From: Candidatus Fraserbacteria bacterium
GTDB taxonomy: Bacteria > Bipolaricaulota > Bipolaricaulia > RBG-16-55-9
Length of the DNA: 48,177 bases
Direction: 5' to 3'
Assembly: GCA_037442925.1 (NCBI GenBank)
Contig: JBBIPG010000010.1
Location: forward strand, 1-48,177
Of the stretch, positions 29,572 through 39,011 are shown piece after piece. Positions within the stretch are counted from its first letter, which is position 1. The number at the start of each line of letters is the position of its first letter. A program made the translations under genes and the position numbers. The notes beneath the pieces were generated by a model. That model saw only the letters and a program-made list of their open reading frames with translations. It was not told where the DNA came from and searched no databases.

Positions 29572-31080
29572 TCACGAACTCTTGTCTTTCAGGCGGTATT
29601 TTTGGATCTTACCGGATGCCGTCTTGGGCAGAGTGTTCACGAATTCGATCTCCCGCGGGTGCTTGTAGGCGGCGATTTCTTTAAGACAGTGCTGCTTCAG
29701 TTCTTCTTTGAGTGTCTCGGAAGGTGTGTGACTGGGCTTGAGCACGACGAACGCCTTGACCGTCTCGCCCTTGCGCACATCGGAGATTCCCACTACGGCG
29801 CATTCGGCCACAGCCGGGTGCTCATAGAGAACGTGCTCGACCTCTTTGGGGTAGACCTTCAGGCCTCCCACGTTGATCATGTCTTTCACTCGGTCGACAA
29901 TGTAGTAATAGCCTTTGTCGTCCACATAGGCTAGATCTCCTGTGTGGAAGAAGCCATCGGGTTCGATGGCAGCGCGAGTGGCCTCTGGGTTGTTGTGATA
30001 GCCCTTCATCACCTGGGGCCCACGAATGAGCAGTTCTCCGACTTCGCCTGTGGGAAGAGTCTGGCCCTCGACATCCGCGATCTTGCATTCTGTCTGTTCA
30101 ATCGGCCACCCAATGGAGCCAGGTCTGCGTTTCGGCGCGGCCAAGTTCGTGTGGGTGACGGGCGAGGTCTCCGTGAGCCCGTAGCCCTCATAGATCTGAA
30201 TGCCCAGTTTCTGCTCGTAGGCTTCCATCACGGGCACAGGCATGCGCGCTCCGCCGGAGCTGCAGAGCTGAAGCGACGAGACGTCGTATTCTTTGAGCTT
30301 GGGATGGTGTAGCAGATCGATGTAGATCGTCGGCACACACAGGATATCCGAGATGCGGTGCTTCTGAATGAGCCTGAGAGCTTCTTCGGCCTCCCAGCGG
30401 AGCATGGGGTAGATCGTTGAGCCACGAGTGAGCGGAGAGAGCATCATGACCGTCATGCCTGTGATGTGGAACATCGGGATGGGGATCAGCATCCTGTCCT
30501 CTTGGGGGGGGAGGGAGAAGAGCTTCGTGATGGCTCGAACATTGGAGATGAGGTTGCGATGGGTGAGAAGAACACCCTTGGGCTGACCGGTCGTTCCGCT
30601 CGTATATGGCTGAAGAGCGATGTCTTCATTCTGACAGTCAACGAAGGAAGGCTTGGCCTTCAAGAGTTCGCGAAAGCGCTTATGTGGGCTTTCGCCGCCT
30701 ACCGTCACGATCTGTACGCTGGGTACTTGGTCCACAGCGCTCTCGATCTCGTTCAAGAGGGGGAGTAGACCGATGATGAGTTTGGCTCCGGAATCCTTGA
30801 GTTGATAGGCGATCTCCCGCGACTTGAGTTGGGGGTTCATGGGGGTGGGAACGGCTCCTGCCTTGAGGATCCCCCAGATGGAGATCACAAACTGAGGAAG
30901 ATTCGGCAGGTAGACGGCCACCCGATCCCCGGGCTGTATTCCGAGTGCTCGTAAGCCTCCGGCGAACCGGCTGGTCGCATCGGATAGTTCTGCATAGCTG
31001 ATCTCCTGATCTTCGAAGACGATGGCGGGATGCGCACCGTGCCTTTCCGCTGCCTCATCCAAGAGTTGAGCAAGATTCAT
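29572..31080 (-). CDS. Acyl-CoA synthetase (AMP-forming, FadD-like)
   Basis: YTSGTTGQPKG, EGYGLTETSP, FHTGD, IVDRVKDMI, LPKTASGKI. Confidence 0.93.
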   Translation of the reverse strand: MNLAQLLDEAAERHGAHPAIVFEDQEISYAELSDATSRFAGGLRALGIQPGDRVAVYLPNLPQFVISIWGILKAGAVPTPMNPQLKSREIAYQLKDSGAKLIIGLLPLLNEIESAVDQVPSVQIVTVGGESPHKRFRELLKAKPSFVDCQNEDIALQPYTSGTTGQPKGVLLTHRNLISNVRAITKLFSLPPQEDRMLIPIPMFHITGMTVMMLSPLTRGSTIYPMLRWEAEEALRLIQKHRISDILCVPTIYIDLLHHPKLKEYDVSSLQLCSSGGARMPVPVMEAYEQKLGIQIYEGYGLTETSPVTHTNLAAPKRRPGSIGWPIEQTECKIADVEGQTLPTGEVGELLIRGPQVMKGYHNNPEATRAAIEPDGFFHTGDLAYVDDKGYYYIVDRVKDMINVGGLKVYPKEVEHVLYEHPAVAECAVVGISDVRKGETVKAFVVLKPSHTPSETLKEELKQHCLKEIAAYKHPREIEFVNTLPKTASGKIQKYRLKDKSS

Positions 31081-31153
31081 GGTTCGTGTTCACCTCGTTC
31101 TCACTCGATACTCTCTTTTTTCATAGTAAGACTCACCCAGCATAAGAAGCAAG

Positions 31154-31906
31154 TCAAAGCGTCTGGCCTCCGTCGATCACATAGACCTGGCCGGTCACGA
31201 ACTGGGCCGCATCCGATGCGAGATAGACAGCCAGTGGAGCAATCTCCTCCGGTTCGGCGAATCGCTTGAGGGGAATCTCAGACAGCAGGTTCTTGGAGAT
31301 CTCCGGATGTTCTAACACGCTTCGCGCAAGCTCCGTGCGCACCCATCCGGGCGCGATGGCATTCACGCGAATGCCGTACTTCGCCCATTCGTACGCCAGC
31401 ACGCGGACAAGACTGATCAAGCCGGCCTTGCTGACGGAATAGGGTCCCATATGCGTCGTTCCTCTAAGCCCGGCTATAGAGCTTACGTGAATCATCGAGC
31501 CGCCTCCTTGCTCGATCATCCAGAGTCCTGCTTCCCGGCTCAGCAAGAACGCTCCTCGTAAATTCACGGCAAAGATCCGATCCCACTCTTCGTCAGTGAC
31601 TTTCTCTATGCGCTTCCAGAGCGGATTGATCCCGGCGGCATTGACCAGAATGTCAAGTCGCTGGAACTCTTTGCGCATATTCGTAAGCAGGGATTGGATG
31701 TGATCGAGTTGGCTCACATCACAGCTCTGGATGAGCGATCTTCGACCCAGGGTTTGGATCTCTTGGGCTACGCGCTCGATTTGGCTTACGGTTCTACTGG
31801 TAGGGATCACATGAGCCCCCGCCTCGGCCAACGCGAGTGCGATGGCTCGTCCGATCCCACGGCCGCCTCCGACGACCAGAGCCACCCGATCCTGCAGAGC
31901 GTTCAT
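31154..31906 (-). CDS. Short-chain dehydrogenase/reductase
   Basis: GGGRGIG, LVNAAG, SS, catalytic YSVSK, IRVNAIAPGW, IDGG. Confidence 0.95.
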   Translation of the reverse strand: MNALQDRVALVVGGGRGIGRAIALALAEAGAHVIPTSRTVSQIERVAQEIQTLGRRSLIQSCDVSQLDHIQSLLTNMRKEFQRLDILVNAAGINPLWKRIEKVTDEEWDRIFAVNLRGAFLLSREAGLWMIEQGGGSMIHVSSIAGLRGTTHMGPYSVSKAGLISLVRVLAYEWAKYGIRVNAIAPGWVRTELARSVLEHPEISKNLLSEIPLKRFAEPEEIAPLAVYLASDAAQFVTGQVYVIDGGQTL

Positions 31907-33426
31907 AGACCGCCACCGAATTGAAACTTCTTCGCTTCCCCCTGGGCAATGACGACATGGACTCCGCGCTCTTGGAGGCGGCGCGAGAGCAACTCCTTAA
32001 GCTCGCTCGGTTGAATGCTTTGCATATCGATCTCGTCGAGGGCTTGAGGCCCACAGGCTTCGATCAGCGTCTTGAGCTTCGTAAGTCCTCTCATCTCTTG
32101 ACGACCCGGTGTCATGCCCGAGATGCGATTGTAGAGGACGATCACGAGGACGTTATGGCCGTACTCCACAGCGTTGAGCAGGCTCGTGATCCCCGAATGC
32201 AGGAATCCCACGTCGCCGATGAGGGCGATTCCTTTGCGACCAGAGAGGCTCATCCCAGCAGCGGTTGCGATCGATGTTCCCAGGGCGTAGGCCGTATCGA
32301 TCACCTGGGGCGGGAAATAGCCATGAAGAATCGAACAACCTACGTCCCCGGCCACCAGATGGTTCTCAGGCAATAGCGTCTCCAGCACTTGGTAGAGCAT
32401 CTCGAAGCCGCCGCAGGGAATGTGAGATAACGAGTCGCTCAGCTGGACTTGTACGTCGAAGTTGAGTCCTTTGGGATCGAGCGAGAAAGCGTTCTCGATG
32501 TGCCGCTTCTCCAGTTGGCCTACCCTGGGCAGATGTCCCGTCAGCCGCCCCAGCACCTGCACAGGCAGTTTGTGTGTACCAGCAAGGGATCGCACGCCTT
32601 CTTCGATGATGGGCGCAATCTCCTCCACAACCAGCACGCGCTTCATGTCCGACAGAAATTCCCGAATGAGCCTAGCAGGCAGCGGATGTGCATAGCCGAG
32701 AGCCAGATGGTTCCCGCGTTCTACCAGCGAGGAGACGAATCCACAGGAGATGACTCCGTTCGCTTCCGACGTGCGAGTCATGCGATGAAGCTTCGATTCT
32801 TCTACACGCGCGATGAGCTTAGGCCAAATGTGTTCGAAGTGATATGTGTGTCGTTCCAGAATGAATCGGCCCCAGGGCCGGTTGCGGTCGAACGTCGGCG
32901 GTCTACCCAACTTAGCCGTCTTGTGGATGGCTCCCGTCATGGAAGTGAGTCGGCTTGTGATCTGCAGTAGAACGGGAATGCCCAGCTCTTCCGAGAGAGC
33001 GAGTCCTTCGATGGTTGCTTGAGCGAGACTGGCGGGGTCGTGGGGCGTGAGCACCGGGATCTCCGCCAGGTTGGCGTACCAGCGAGAGTCCTGCTCGTCC
33101 GTGGACTTCGCAGCGCCCGGATCGTCACCGCAGATGACGAGCAGGCCAGCGCCGATCCCATGCGTAGCGGCATTGATGAGGGGATCGGAAGCCACATTGA
33201 GACCGACTTGCTTCACAACAACTGCAGCTCGCCTACCGGCTGCCGATGCCCCGAGGGCTTGGGCCATCGCCGTCTTCTCCTCCATGCTGATCTCTACGTT
33301 GAACCCCATTTCGGCTAGACGATCTAAGAGCGCCGTGGCCGGATCACCGTAGACGCCCGTGATCAGCGATACATCGTTGTCGCGTAGGGCATGGGCCAGG
33401 GCCAGTTCGCCTGTGGACTCGGCCAT
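31903..33426 (-). CDS. TPP-dependent enzyme homologous to indolepyruvate:ferredoxin oxidoreductase alpha subunit (IorA-like, no Fe-S domain)
   Basis: KQVGLNVASDP, GDDPG...EQDSR, VLVVEE, GDVGC, TPP motif IGDVGFLHSG...N; AAGGAGG SD before ATG 33426. Confidence 0.85.
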   Translation of the reverse strand: MAESTGELALAHALRDNDVSLITGVYGDPATALLDRLAEMGFNVEISMEEKTAMAQALGASAAGRRAAVVVKQVGLNVASDPLINAATHGIGAGLLVICGDDPGAAKSTDEQDSRWYANLAEIPVLTPHDPASLAQATIEGLALSEELGIPVLLQITSRLTSMTGAIHKTAKLGRPPTFDRNRPWGRFILERHTYHFEHIWPKLIARVEESKLHRMTRTSEANGVISCGFVSSLVERGNHLALGYAHPLPARLIREFLSDMKRVLVVEEIAPIIEEGVRSLAGTHKLPVQVLGRLTGHLPRVGQLEKRHIENAFSLDPKGLNFDVQVQLSDSLSHIPCGGFEMLYQVLETLLPENHLVAGDVGCSILHGYFPPQVIDTAYALGTSIATAAGMSLSGRKGIALIGDVGFLHSGITSLLNAVEYGHNVLVIVLYNRISGMTPGRQEMRGLTKLKTLIEACGPQALDEIDMQSIQPSELKELLSRRLQERGVHVVIAQGEAKKFQFGGGL

Positions 33427-33444
33427 TGTGACCTCCTTCTTGAC

Positions 33445-33495
33445 TTGACAGCGATGAGTAATTTGGCAGTATAATAATGAAAAGGCAGTGGTCAA
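33445..33495. promoter_or_regulatory. Overlapping opposite-strand promoters between the IorA-like gene and the beta-helix/ABC unit
   Basis: Plus strand: TTGACA (33445-33450), 19 bp, TATAAT (33470-33475). Minus strand: TTGACC (33495-33490), 16 bp, TATACT (33473-33468). Confidence 0.55.
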
Positions 33496-33598
33496 GGCAA
33501 CATGGAAAAGAATCGAGAGGAGGTGGGAGATGGCTTGCTTCCCCAACACGCGCCGGGTAATCATCTGGGCTCAGAAATAGAGAAAAGGGGGTAAAAGT

Positions 33599-34702
33599 AT
33601 GAATGCTCGTCCCATGAGGCAAGCCATAAAAGGCTTGCTGATGTGTCTCATGCTAGTAGGGCTTACGGGCAGCACGGTGTTGCTTGTGCAGGCGGGGAGC
33701 CTCATTCGCGTCTGCGCCAGTGGCTGCGATTACACCAGTCTTGTGGATGCCGTCGCCAAAGCGCAGCCGGAGAGTACCATCTTCGTCGATGAGGGTCAGT
33801 ACGCTGGCCCGGTGATCATTGCCAAGAACCTCACGATCATTGGCTCCGATCGCAATAAAGTCGTGATTGCTCGTGGCGTCGTGGCGGCCGGTCCTTTCAA
33901 AGTGACGTTGCGGAATCTGACGCTCACCGGAGGTCTCAATGGTCTACAGGCGCAAGCCCCCACGGGACTTCCACGTCAGCTGTCGCCTGCCGTGAGCTTG
34001 GAGGGCGTGACGATCACGGGCAACGCGCTGAACGGGATCGCGTTATTTGATTACTCCATCGCCTCTCTCTGTGACGTTCTGGTCACCAAGAACGGGCTCA
34101 TTGTCCAGGGACTTCCGCTCGGTGGTGGCGTTGCCCTTCGCGGCAATGCGCAAATCGTCATTGGCTCAACCCTGGGCGGTGAAGCCTGTAGCCAGACGGT
34201 CGTGCGTGAGAACGGTGCCAATGGGATCTCGGCTCTGGATAAGTCCGCTGTTACCATCAGCCCGAACACCGTGATCATGAAGCACACGCTAAGTGGGCTG
34301 CAGCTGGGTGGAAGCTCGCGTGCCACGGTTCAGGGGCTGGTCGCCCGCGAGAACGGTTGCTATGGCGTAGCCGTAGAAGAAGATGCCACAGCGACCATCT
34401 TGTATGGTCGGTTTGAGAGCAACGCCAAAGCGGGTCTGCACGTCGGTGGACCGGCGTCCACGTTGCCGGGCTGCGTGACCCAAGTCGATATCCAGGCGAA
34501 CGCCACGGCAACCGTCACAGGGTCGGTGATCGCTGGCAACCGGCTCGGTATCCTGGTCGGCGATTTGAGCAAGAATCTCGATGAAGCCACAGTGAAGCTC
34601 ACAACGGTTAATCTCATCAGTAACGGTTGCGACTTGCTCGTCGACCCTGTGGCAAAGAAGGACGTCACGGTCACTGGCACGCAGTGGAAGCCTTGTTCTT
34701 GA
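33599..34702 (+). CDS. Secreted right-handed parallel beta-helix (pectin-lyase-like fold) protein
   Basis: Signal peptide; VCASGCDYTSL.DAV..A....TI.V..G.Y cap; repeated I..N...GI rungs. Confidence 0.8.
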   Translation: MNARPMRQAIKGLLMCLMLVGLTGSTVLLVQAGSLIRVCASGCDYTSLVDAVAKAQPESTIFVDEGQYAGPVIIAKNLTIIGSDRNKVVIARGVVAAGPFKVTLRNLTLTGGLNGLQAQAPTGLPRQLSPAVSLEGVTITGNALNGIALFDYSIASLCDVLVTKNGLIVQGLPLGGGVALRGNAQIVIGSTLGGEACSQTVVRENGANGISALDKSAVTISPNTVIMKHTLSGLQLGGSSRATVQGLVARENGCYGVAVEEDATATILYGRFESNAKAGLHVGGPASTLPGCVTQVDIQANATATVTGSVIAGNRLGILVGDLSKNLDEATVKLTTVNLISNGCDLLVDPVAKKDVTVTGTQWKPCS

Positions 34703-34744
34703 GCAGAGATCCCATTCTGAAAGAGGGGAAAGAAGGAGGAAAGC

Positions 34745-36127
34745 ATGTCTGAGTTGAACCTAAAGCGGCACAACCGTAGGACGTTTCTCAAGTATGCTGG
34801 GACGGGCGCCTTGGCGCTCACGCTGGGCTCCTGGGCGCGCGGACCGTGGGTAAGGGGTCAGCAACCCTTGCTAATTGGGATGGCCAATCCTCAGGGGACT
34901 TTCTTCTTTAATGCGGCGGAGAAGGCTCTGGCGTTAGGCATCCAGGAGATCAACGCGCAGGGCGGGCTCTTAGGCACACCCGTAGGCCTCATTACCGCTG
35001 ACAGCGCAGGCCGGCCGGACCAAGCGCCGTTGGCCCTACAAGATCTGGTCGGACGCGGTGCGCAGGTCCTCATAGGGGAGTTCTTCAGTGAGGAACTGAT
35101 CGGCTCGCTGCCGGTGATCCCCGTGCTGCGCAAGCTCTTTTTGGGGACGGGAGCCTCTACTCCCGCGGCCACCATCCGCGTGAGTCAAGACTACAACAAC
35201 TACAAGTTCTTCTTCCGCGCCGGGCCGATCAACTCCTTCCTCATCCTCCAAGCAGCCATCACCTTTGCCATCGGCTTTCTAGAGAAGGGGCTCGGCTGGA
35301 ACGCGATCGTCCTCTTGGCTGAGGATGCCGCCTGGACCCAACCGATCACCGGTGGGTTCCCCCTGCTGCTGCAGGCTGCTGGCTCCAACCTGCAAGTCGT
35401 GGACACCATCCGCTACGCGGAAGACACCACGGACTTCACCTCGCTCTTCAATCGTGCCGTCAGCGCCATGAGCGGTAAGACCGGTGGGTTCTTTACGGTG
35501 ATGGCCCACACCGGGACGCGTCCTTCAGCTCAGTGGGCCGCTCAGCAAGTCCCGCTACCGCTTGTGGGAATTAACGTTCAGGCCCAGGATGGTCGCTTCG
35601 ATGAACTCACCCAGGGTGCGTCGGAGTCCGTTGTCACACTGACCACGGCAGCCCGTGCTCCGGTCACCAACAAGACCATCCCCTTTACGGATGCCTTCGC
35701 CGGTTTCACGGATGTCCATCCGAGTGTCACGATCCCCAGCTACAACGCCTTCAGCAGCTATGACGCACTCGGTCTGCTCCAGGCTGCTGTGGAGAGCGCG
35801 GGCGTTCTTCCCACGGACGAGGTCAGCACCACGGCTGTCATCGGGGAGTTAGAGAAGTTCGGCGCACCTGGTGCCGATGGGAAGCTAAAGCTCTTCGTGG
35901 GAACCACGGGCAACCTCGGTTTCTACCAGAAGGGTGAGACCACCCCAGTGGCTCCGGCGCTTCTCGTGGCAAACGGCTTGCCTCCCACACAGGACTTCCC
36001 GCATGACGTGCGCTTCGGGACAGGGCTAGCCGAGGGCATCTGGATCCAGTGGCAAGGCGGCCAGCAGGAGGTCATCTTCCCACCGAATCTGGCTACGGCT
36101 CAGTTCGCGCTGCCGCCCTGGCTGTGA
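34745..36127 (+). CDS. ABC transporter substrate-binding protein, LivJ/K-like (HAAT family), Tat-exported
   Basis: Twin-arginine signal NRRTFLK; EINAQGGLLG..V.LITADS, TDFTSL, YDAL..L..AVE.AG. Confidence 0.9.
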   Translation: MSELNLKRHNRRTFLKYAGTGALALTLGSWARGPWVRGQQPLLIGMANPQGTFFFNAAEKALALGIQEINAQGGLLGTPVGLITADSAGRPDQAPLALQDLVGRGAQVLIGEFFSEELIGSLPVIPVLRKLFLGTGASTPAATIRVSQDYNNYKFFFRAGPINSFLILQAAITFAIGFLEKGLGWNAIVLLAEDAAWTQPITGGFPLLLQAAGSNLQVVDTIRYAEDTTDFTSLFNRAVSAMSGKTGGFFTVMAHTGTRPSAQWAAQQVPLPLVGINVQAQDGRFDELTQGASESVVTLTTAARAPVTNKTIPFTDAFAGFTDVHPSVTIPSYNAFSSYDALGLLQAAVESAGVLPTDEVSTTAVIGELEKFGAPGADGKLKLFVGTTGNLGFYQKGETTPVAPALLVANGLPPTQDFPHDVRFGTGLAEGIWIQWQGGQQEVIFPPNLATAQFALPPWL

Positions 36128-36171
36128 TCGATGTCTCTTGACTGGTTTACAGCTCAATGATGGGCAGTGAC

Positions 36172-36217
36172 GAACGAGGGAGGAGGTCAGCTCAGCACTG
36201 GCCCTCCTCTCTCGTTC
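36172..36217 (+). other. Long stem-loop after the substrate-binding protein gene (mRNA stabiliser or partial terminator)
   Basis: GAACGAGGGAGGAGG...CCTCCTCTCTCGTTC inverted repeat. Confidence 0.5.
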
Positions 36218-36287
36218 TCATTATCATGAGTTCGCTGCGGTGATGCCGCATAGAGACGGTCAACGTCCATAGAGAAAGAGACTGACC

Positions 36288-37145
36288 TTGAGCGGAATTA
36301 TCGAAGTCCTCATCTTGGGGTTCCTGATCAGCTGCCTCTACGCCCTGGCGGCCCTGGGGTTTACGATGATCTTTGGCGTCGCCGGTGTGCTCAACCTGGC
36401 TCACGGGGCATTTGCGATGGTGGCAGCGTATATGGCCGTCTGGGCCATGAGCACCGTGGGCTTGAGCCTCCCCGCGGCCGCTGTCTTTGCCGTCTTGGGG
36501 ATGGCTGTCCTCGCACCAGTTTTATATGTCTTGCTCATCCGCCCTGTGGAGCACCGCCCCATCATTGTGTTCTTATCAACGCTGCTGCTGGCTGTGGTCT
36601 TGGAGCAGGTCATGGGACTGGTTTTTAGCTTCAACTCGCGCATCTTGCCTCCTCTCGTGCAGGGAAGCGTGACGCTCTTTGGCACGCGCATTCCGCATAA
36701 TCGCCTGGCGGCCAGTGCGATTGCGCTCGTGATCATTCTGGGACTGTGGCTCTTCGTGACCCGGGCGCGGGTGGGCAAGGCCATTCTGGCACTCTCCATG
36801 GAGCGTAAGGGGGCAGCTCTCGTGGGCATCCCTGCCAGGCACATCATTCTGTGGGTCTGGGCGATCTCCGGCATGCTGGCTGCCATCGCCGGGCTCTTCA
36901 TCAGTTCGTTCTTCGGCATCAGCCCCTTCGAAGAGCGGTTGCTGCTCGTGATTGCCTTTTCCACCGTCGTGCTGGGTGGACTGGGCAGCATTCCCGGCTC
37001 GCTCTGGGCGGCCTTCATCATCGGCTACTCGGAGACGATCATCCAGCAGTTCGCACCCGAGGCGCGGGGGCTGGCATCTCTGGTCATCTTGATGATCGTC
37101 TTGACGCTGCGTCCACAGGGACTGCTGGGGAGGGCAGCCGCATGA
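36288..37145 (+). CDS. livH: HAAT ABC transporter permease (LivH-like)
   Basis: YALAALGFTMIFGVAGVLNLAHG, GKAILA, VVLGGLGSIPG, LRPQGLLG. Confidence 0.9.
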   Translation: MSGIIEVLILGFLISCLYALAALGFTMIFGVAGVLNLAHGAFAMVAAYMAVWAMSTVGLSLPAAAVFAVLGMAVLAPVLYVLLIRPVEHRPIIVFLSTLLLAVVLEQVMGLVFSFNSRILPPLVQGSVTLFGTRIPHNRLAASAIALVIILGLWLFVTRARVGKAILALSMERKGAALVGIPARHIILWVWAISGMLAAIAGLFISSFFGISPFEERLLLVIAFSTVVLGGLGSIPGSLWAAFIIGYSETIIQQFAPEARGLASLVILMIVLTLRPQGLLGRAAA

Positions 37146-38194
37146 TGCGGGCTCCCAGGCGCTCCCGCCGTCGCTCCGTGCTGTTACTTCTGGGGCTCAT
37201 GCTCTCCCTGGCTCTGTTGATCGCCATCCCCTATCTGTTGCCCCACATCTTCCCCCAGATGCGGACCAATCCCATCTTGCTGCGAAAATGGCTCGATACA
37301 CTCCTCGTCGCGAATCTTTGGGCCATTCTGGCCATGAGCTGGGATCTGTTGGGCGGATACGCGGGTCAGATCAGTTTCGGACACTCTCTGTTTTTCGGAC
37401 TGGGCGGCTACACCAGTGCCATCATGTCGGTGCTCTTAGGATGGCATCCCATCGTGATTATCGCCATGGGAGGGCTCATTGCTGCCGTCGGCGGGCTCGT
37501 CGTGGCGGCGCCAGCGCTGCGACTGCGCGGGCCATATCTTTCCCTTCTGACTCTGGTGGCCGCGCTGGCCTTCGACCGACTCATGCGCTGGGCTAAGTTT
37601 CAGATCGGCACTCCCGGTGCGGAGGGGGCGATCCTCTGCAATCCTCAATGCTTCCTCACGTTCAATGCGACAGAGAAGTACTACTACGCGTTGCTTCTTA
37701 TGGTTTTTAGTGCTTTGTTTCTCTATGGGATCACTCGCTCGCGGTTCGGCTTGGCGTTTGAAGCCATCCGCGATGACGAAGAGGCTGCTCAAGCGGCAGG
37801 CTTAAACGCCGCGAAATACAAGGCATTGGCCTTTGGGCTCAGCGCTTTTGTTGCCGGGTTGAGCGGCGCCTTCTACGTCTATCACATCGGCTCAGCCTCA
37901 CCCAAGGGCCTGCTGGATTTGGAGATCTCCGTACAAGCCATCGTCGCCTCGGTGCTCGGGGGGATGGGGACGATCTTCGGTCCCATCTTCGGAGCTTTCT
38001 TCTTCAAAATCACAGAAGAGTACCTGCGGCTCTTGGGGGCGCTACGCTTCGTGGTCCTTTTCGCACTGGCTTTGCTGGTGCTGCTCCTGCTGCCGGGGGG
38101 GCTATTAGCCAAGCTCCGGGCGACTCTGCGACGCTGGTGGCAGGCGGGCGCTCGAGTCCGGGCAGGGGTAGGCGCCCTCAAACAAGGAGAGTGA
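37142..38194 (+). CDS. livM: HAAT ABC transporter permease (LivM-like)
   Basis: GYAGQISFGH..FFGLGGY, LRLRGPYL, AIRDDEEAA, GGMGTIFGPIFGA; start overlaps the livH stop. Confidence 0.9.
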   Translation: MMRAPRRSRRRSVLLLLGLMLSLALLIAIPYLLPHIFPQMRTNPILLRKWLDTLLVANLWAILAMSWDLLGGYAGQISFGHSLFFGLGGYTSAIMSVLLGWHPIVIIAMGGLIAAVGGLVVAAPALRLRGPYLSLLTLVAALAFDRLMRWAKFQIGTPGAEGAILCNPQCFLTFNATEKYYYALLLMVFSALFLYGITRSRFGLAFEAIRDDEEAAQAAGLNAAKYKALAFGLSAFVAGLSGAFYVYHIGSASPKGLLDLEISVQAIVASVLGGMGTIFGPIFGAFFFKITEEYLRLLGALRFVVLFALALLVLLLLPGGLLAKLRATLRRWWQAGARVRAGVGALKQGE

Positions 38195-38201
38195 AAGAGG
38201 G

Positions 38202-39011
38202 ATGACGGCTCTTCTGCAACTGGAACACGTATCGAAGGCGTTTGGTGGTCTTCAGGCTGTAAGTCAGTTGAGCTTTGAAGTTCGCCAAGGCGAGATCTTG
38301 GGATTGATCGGCCCCAATGGTGCGGGCAAGACGACCGTCTTCAATCTGATTACGGGGGTCTACCGGCCTGACCAGGGGAGGATCCGCTTTCTCGGGAAAG
38401 ACATCACAGGTTGGCCGCTCTATCGCATTATCAACGCGGGCATCGCGCGCACGTTTCAGATCCCCAAACCCTTCATCCACAAGACCATTGCTCAGAACGT
38501 GGAGATCTCACTCATCCCCAACGAGATCTTCACCTCAGTGGCTTCCAAACGGGAACGGCGAACCAGGGTTTCCGCATGCTGCGCCCGTACCGGCTTGTGT
38601 CACGCTCTCGGCCATCAAGCCGGATGCGATGGTGAGGCCGCCGCCCGCGACTTGTGCGATTGTTGGCGGGAGTATCCTAATGTCCTGCCTCAGGCTGGCC
38701 TGCGCAAGCTGGAAGTTGCGAAAGCCCTGGCCACGGCTCCCAAGTTGCTGCTGCTCGATGAGCCGTTTGCAGGCCTGACCCACTCGGAAGTCGAAGAGCT
38801 AAGCAGCTTGATCCGCGCGCTCAGGGACGAGGGACACACGATCGTCCTCGTCGATCATAACATGCGAGGCTTGATGAAGCTGGTGGAACGCGTGGTGGTC
38901 ATCCACTTTGGGGAGAGGCTGGCGGAAGGGACACCCGAAGAGGTGGCTCAAAACCCGCTGGTACAAGAAGCATATCTTGCCGGTAGTGGTGCGGATGATG
39001 CATCTCCTTGA
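38202..39011 (+). CDS. livG: HAAT ABC transporter ATP-binding protein (LivG-like) with Cys-rich insertion
   Basis: [35 protein letters not shown]. Confidence 0.92.
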   Translation: MTALLQLEHVSKAFGGLQAVSQLSFEVRQGEILGLIGPNGAGKTTVFNLITGVYRPDQGRIRFLGKDITGWPLYRIINAGIARTFQIPKPFIHKTIAQNVEISLIPNEIFTSVASKRERRTRVSACCARTGLCHALGHQAGCDGEAAARDLCDCWREYPNVLPQAGLRKLEVAKALATAPKLLLLDEPFAGLTHSEVEELSSLIRALRDEGHTIVLVDHNMRGLMKLVERVVVIHFGERLAEGTPEEVAQNPLVQEAYLAGSGADDASP

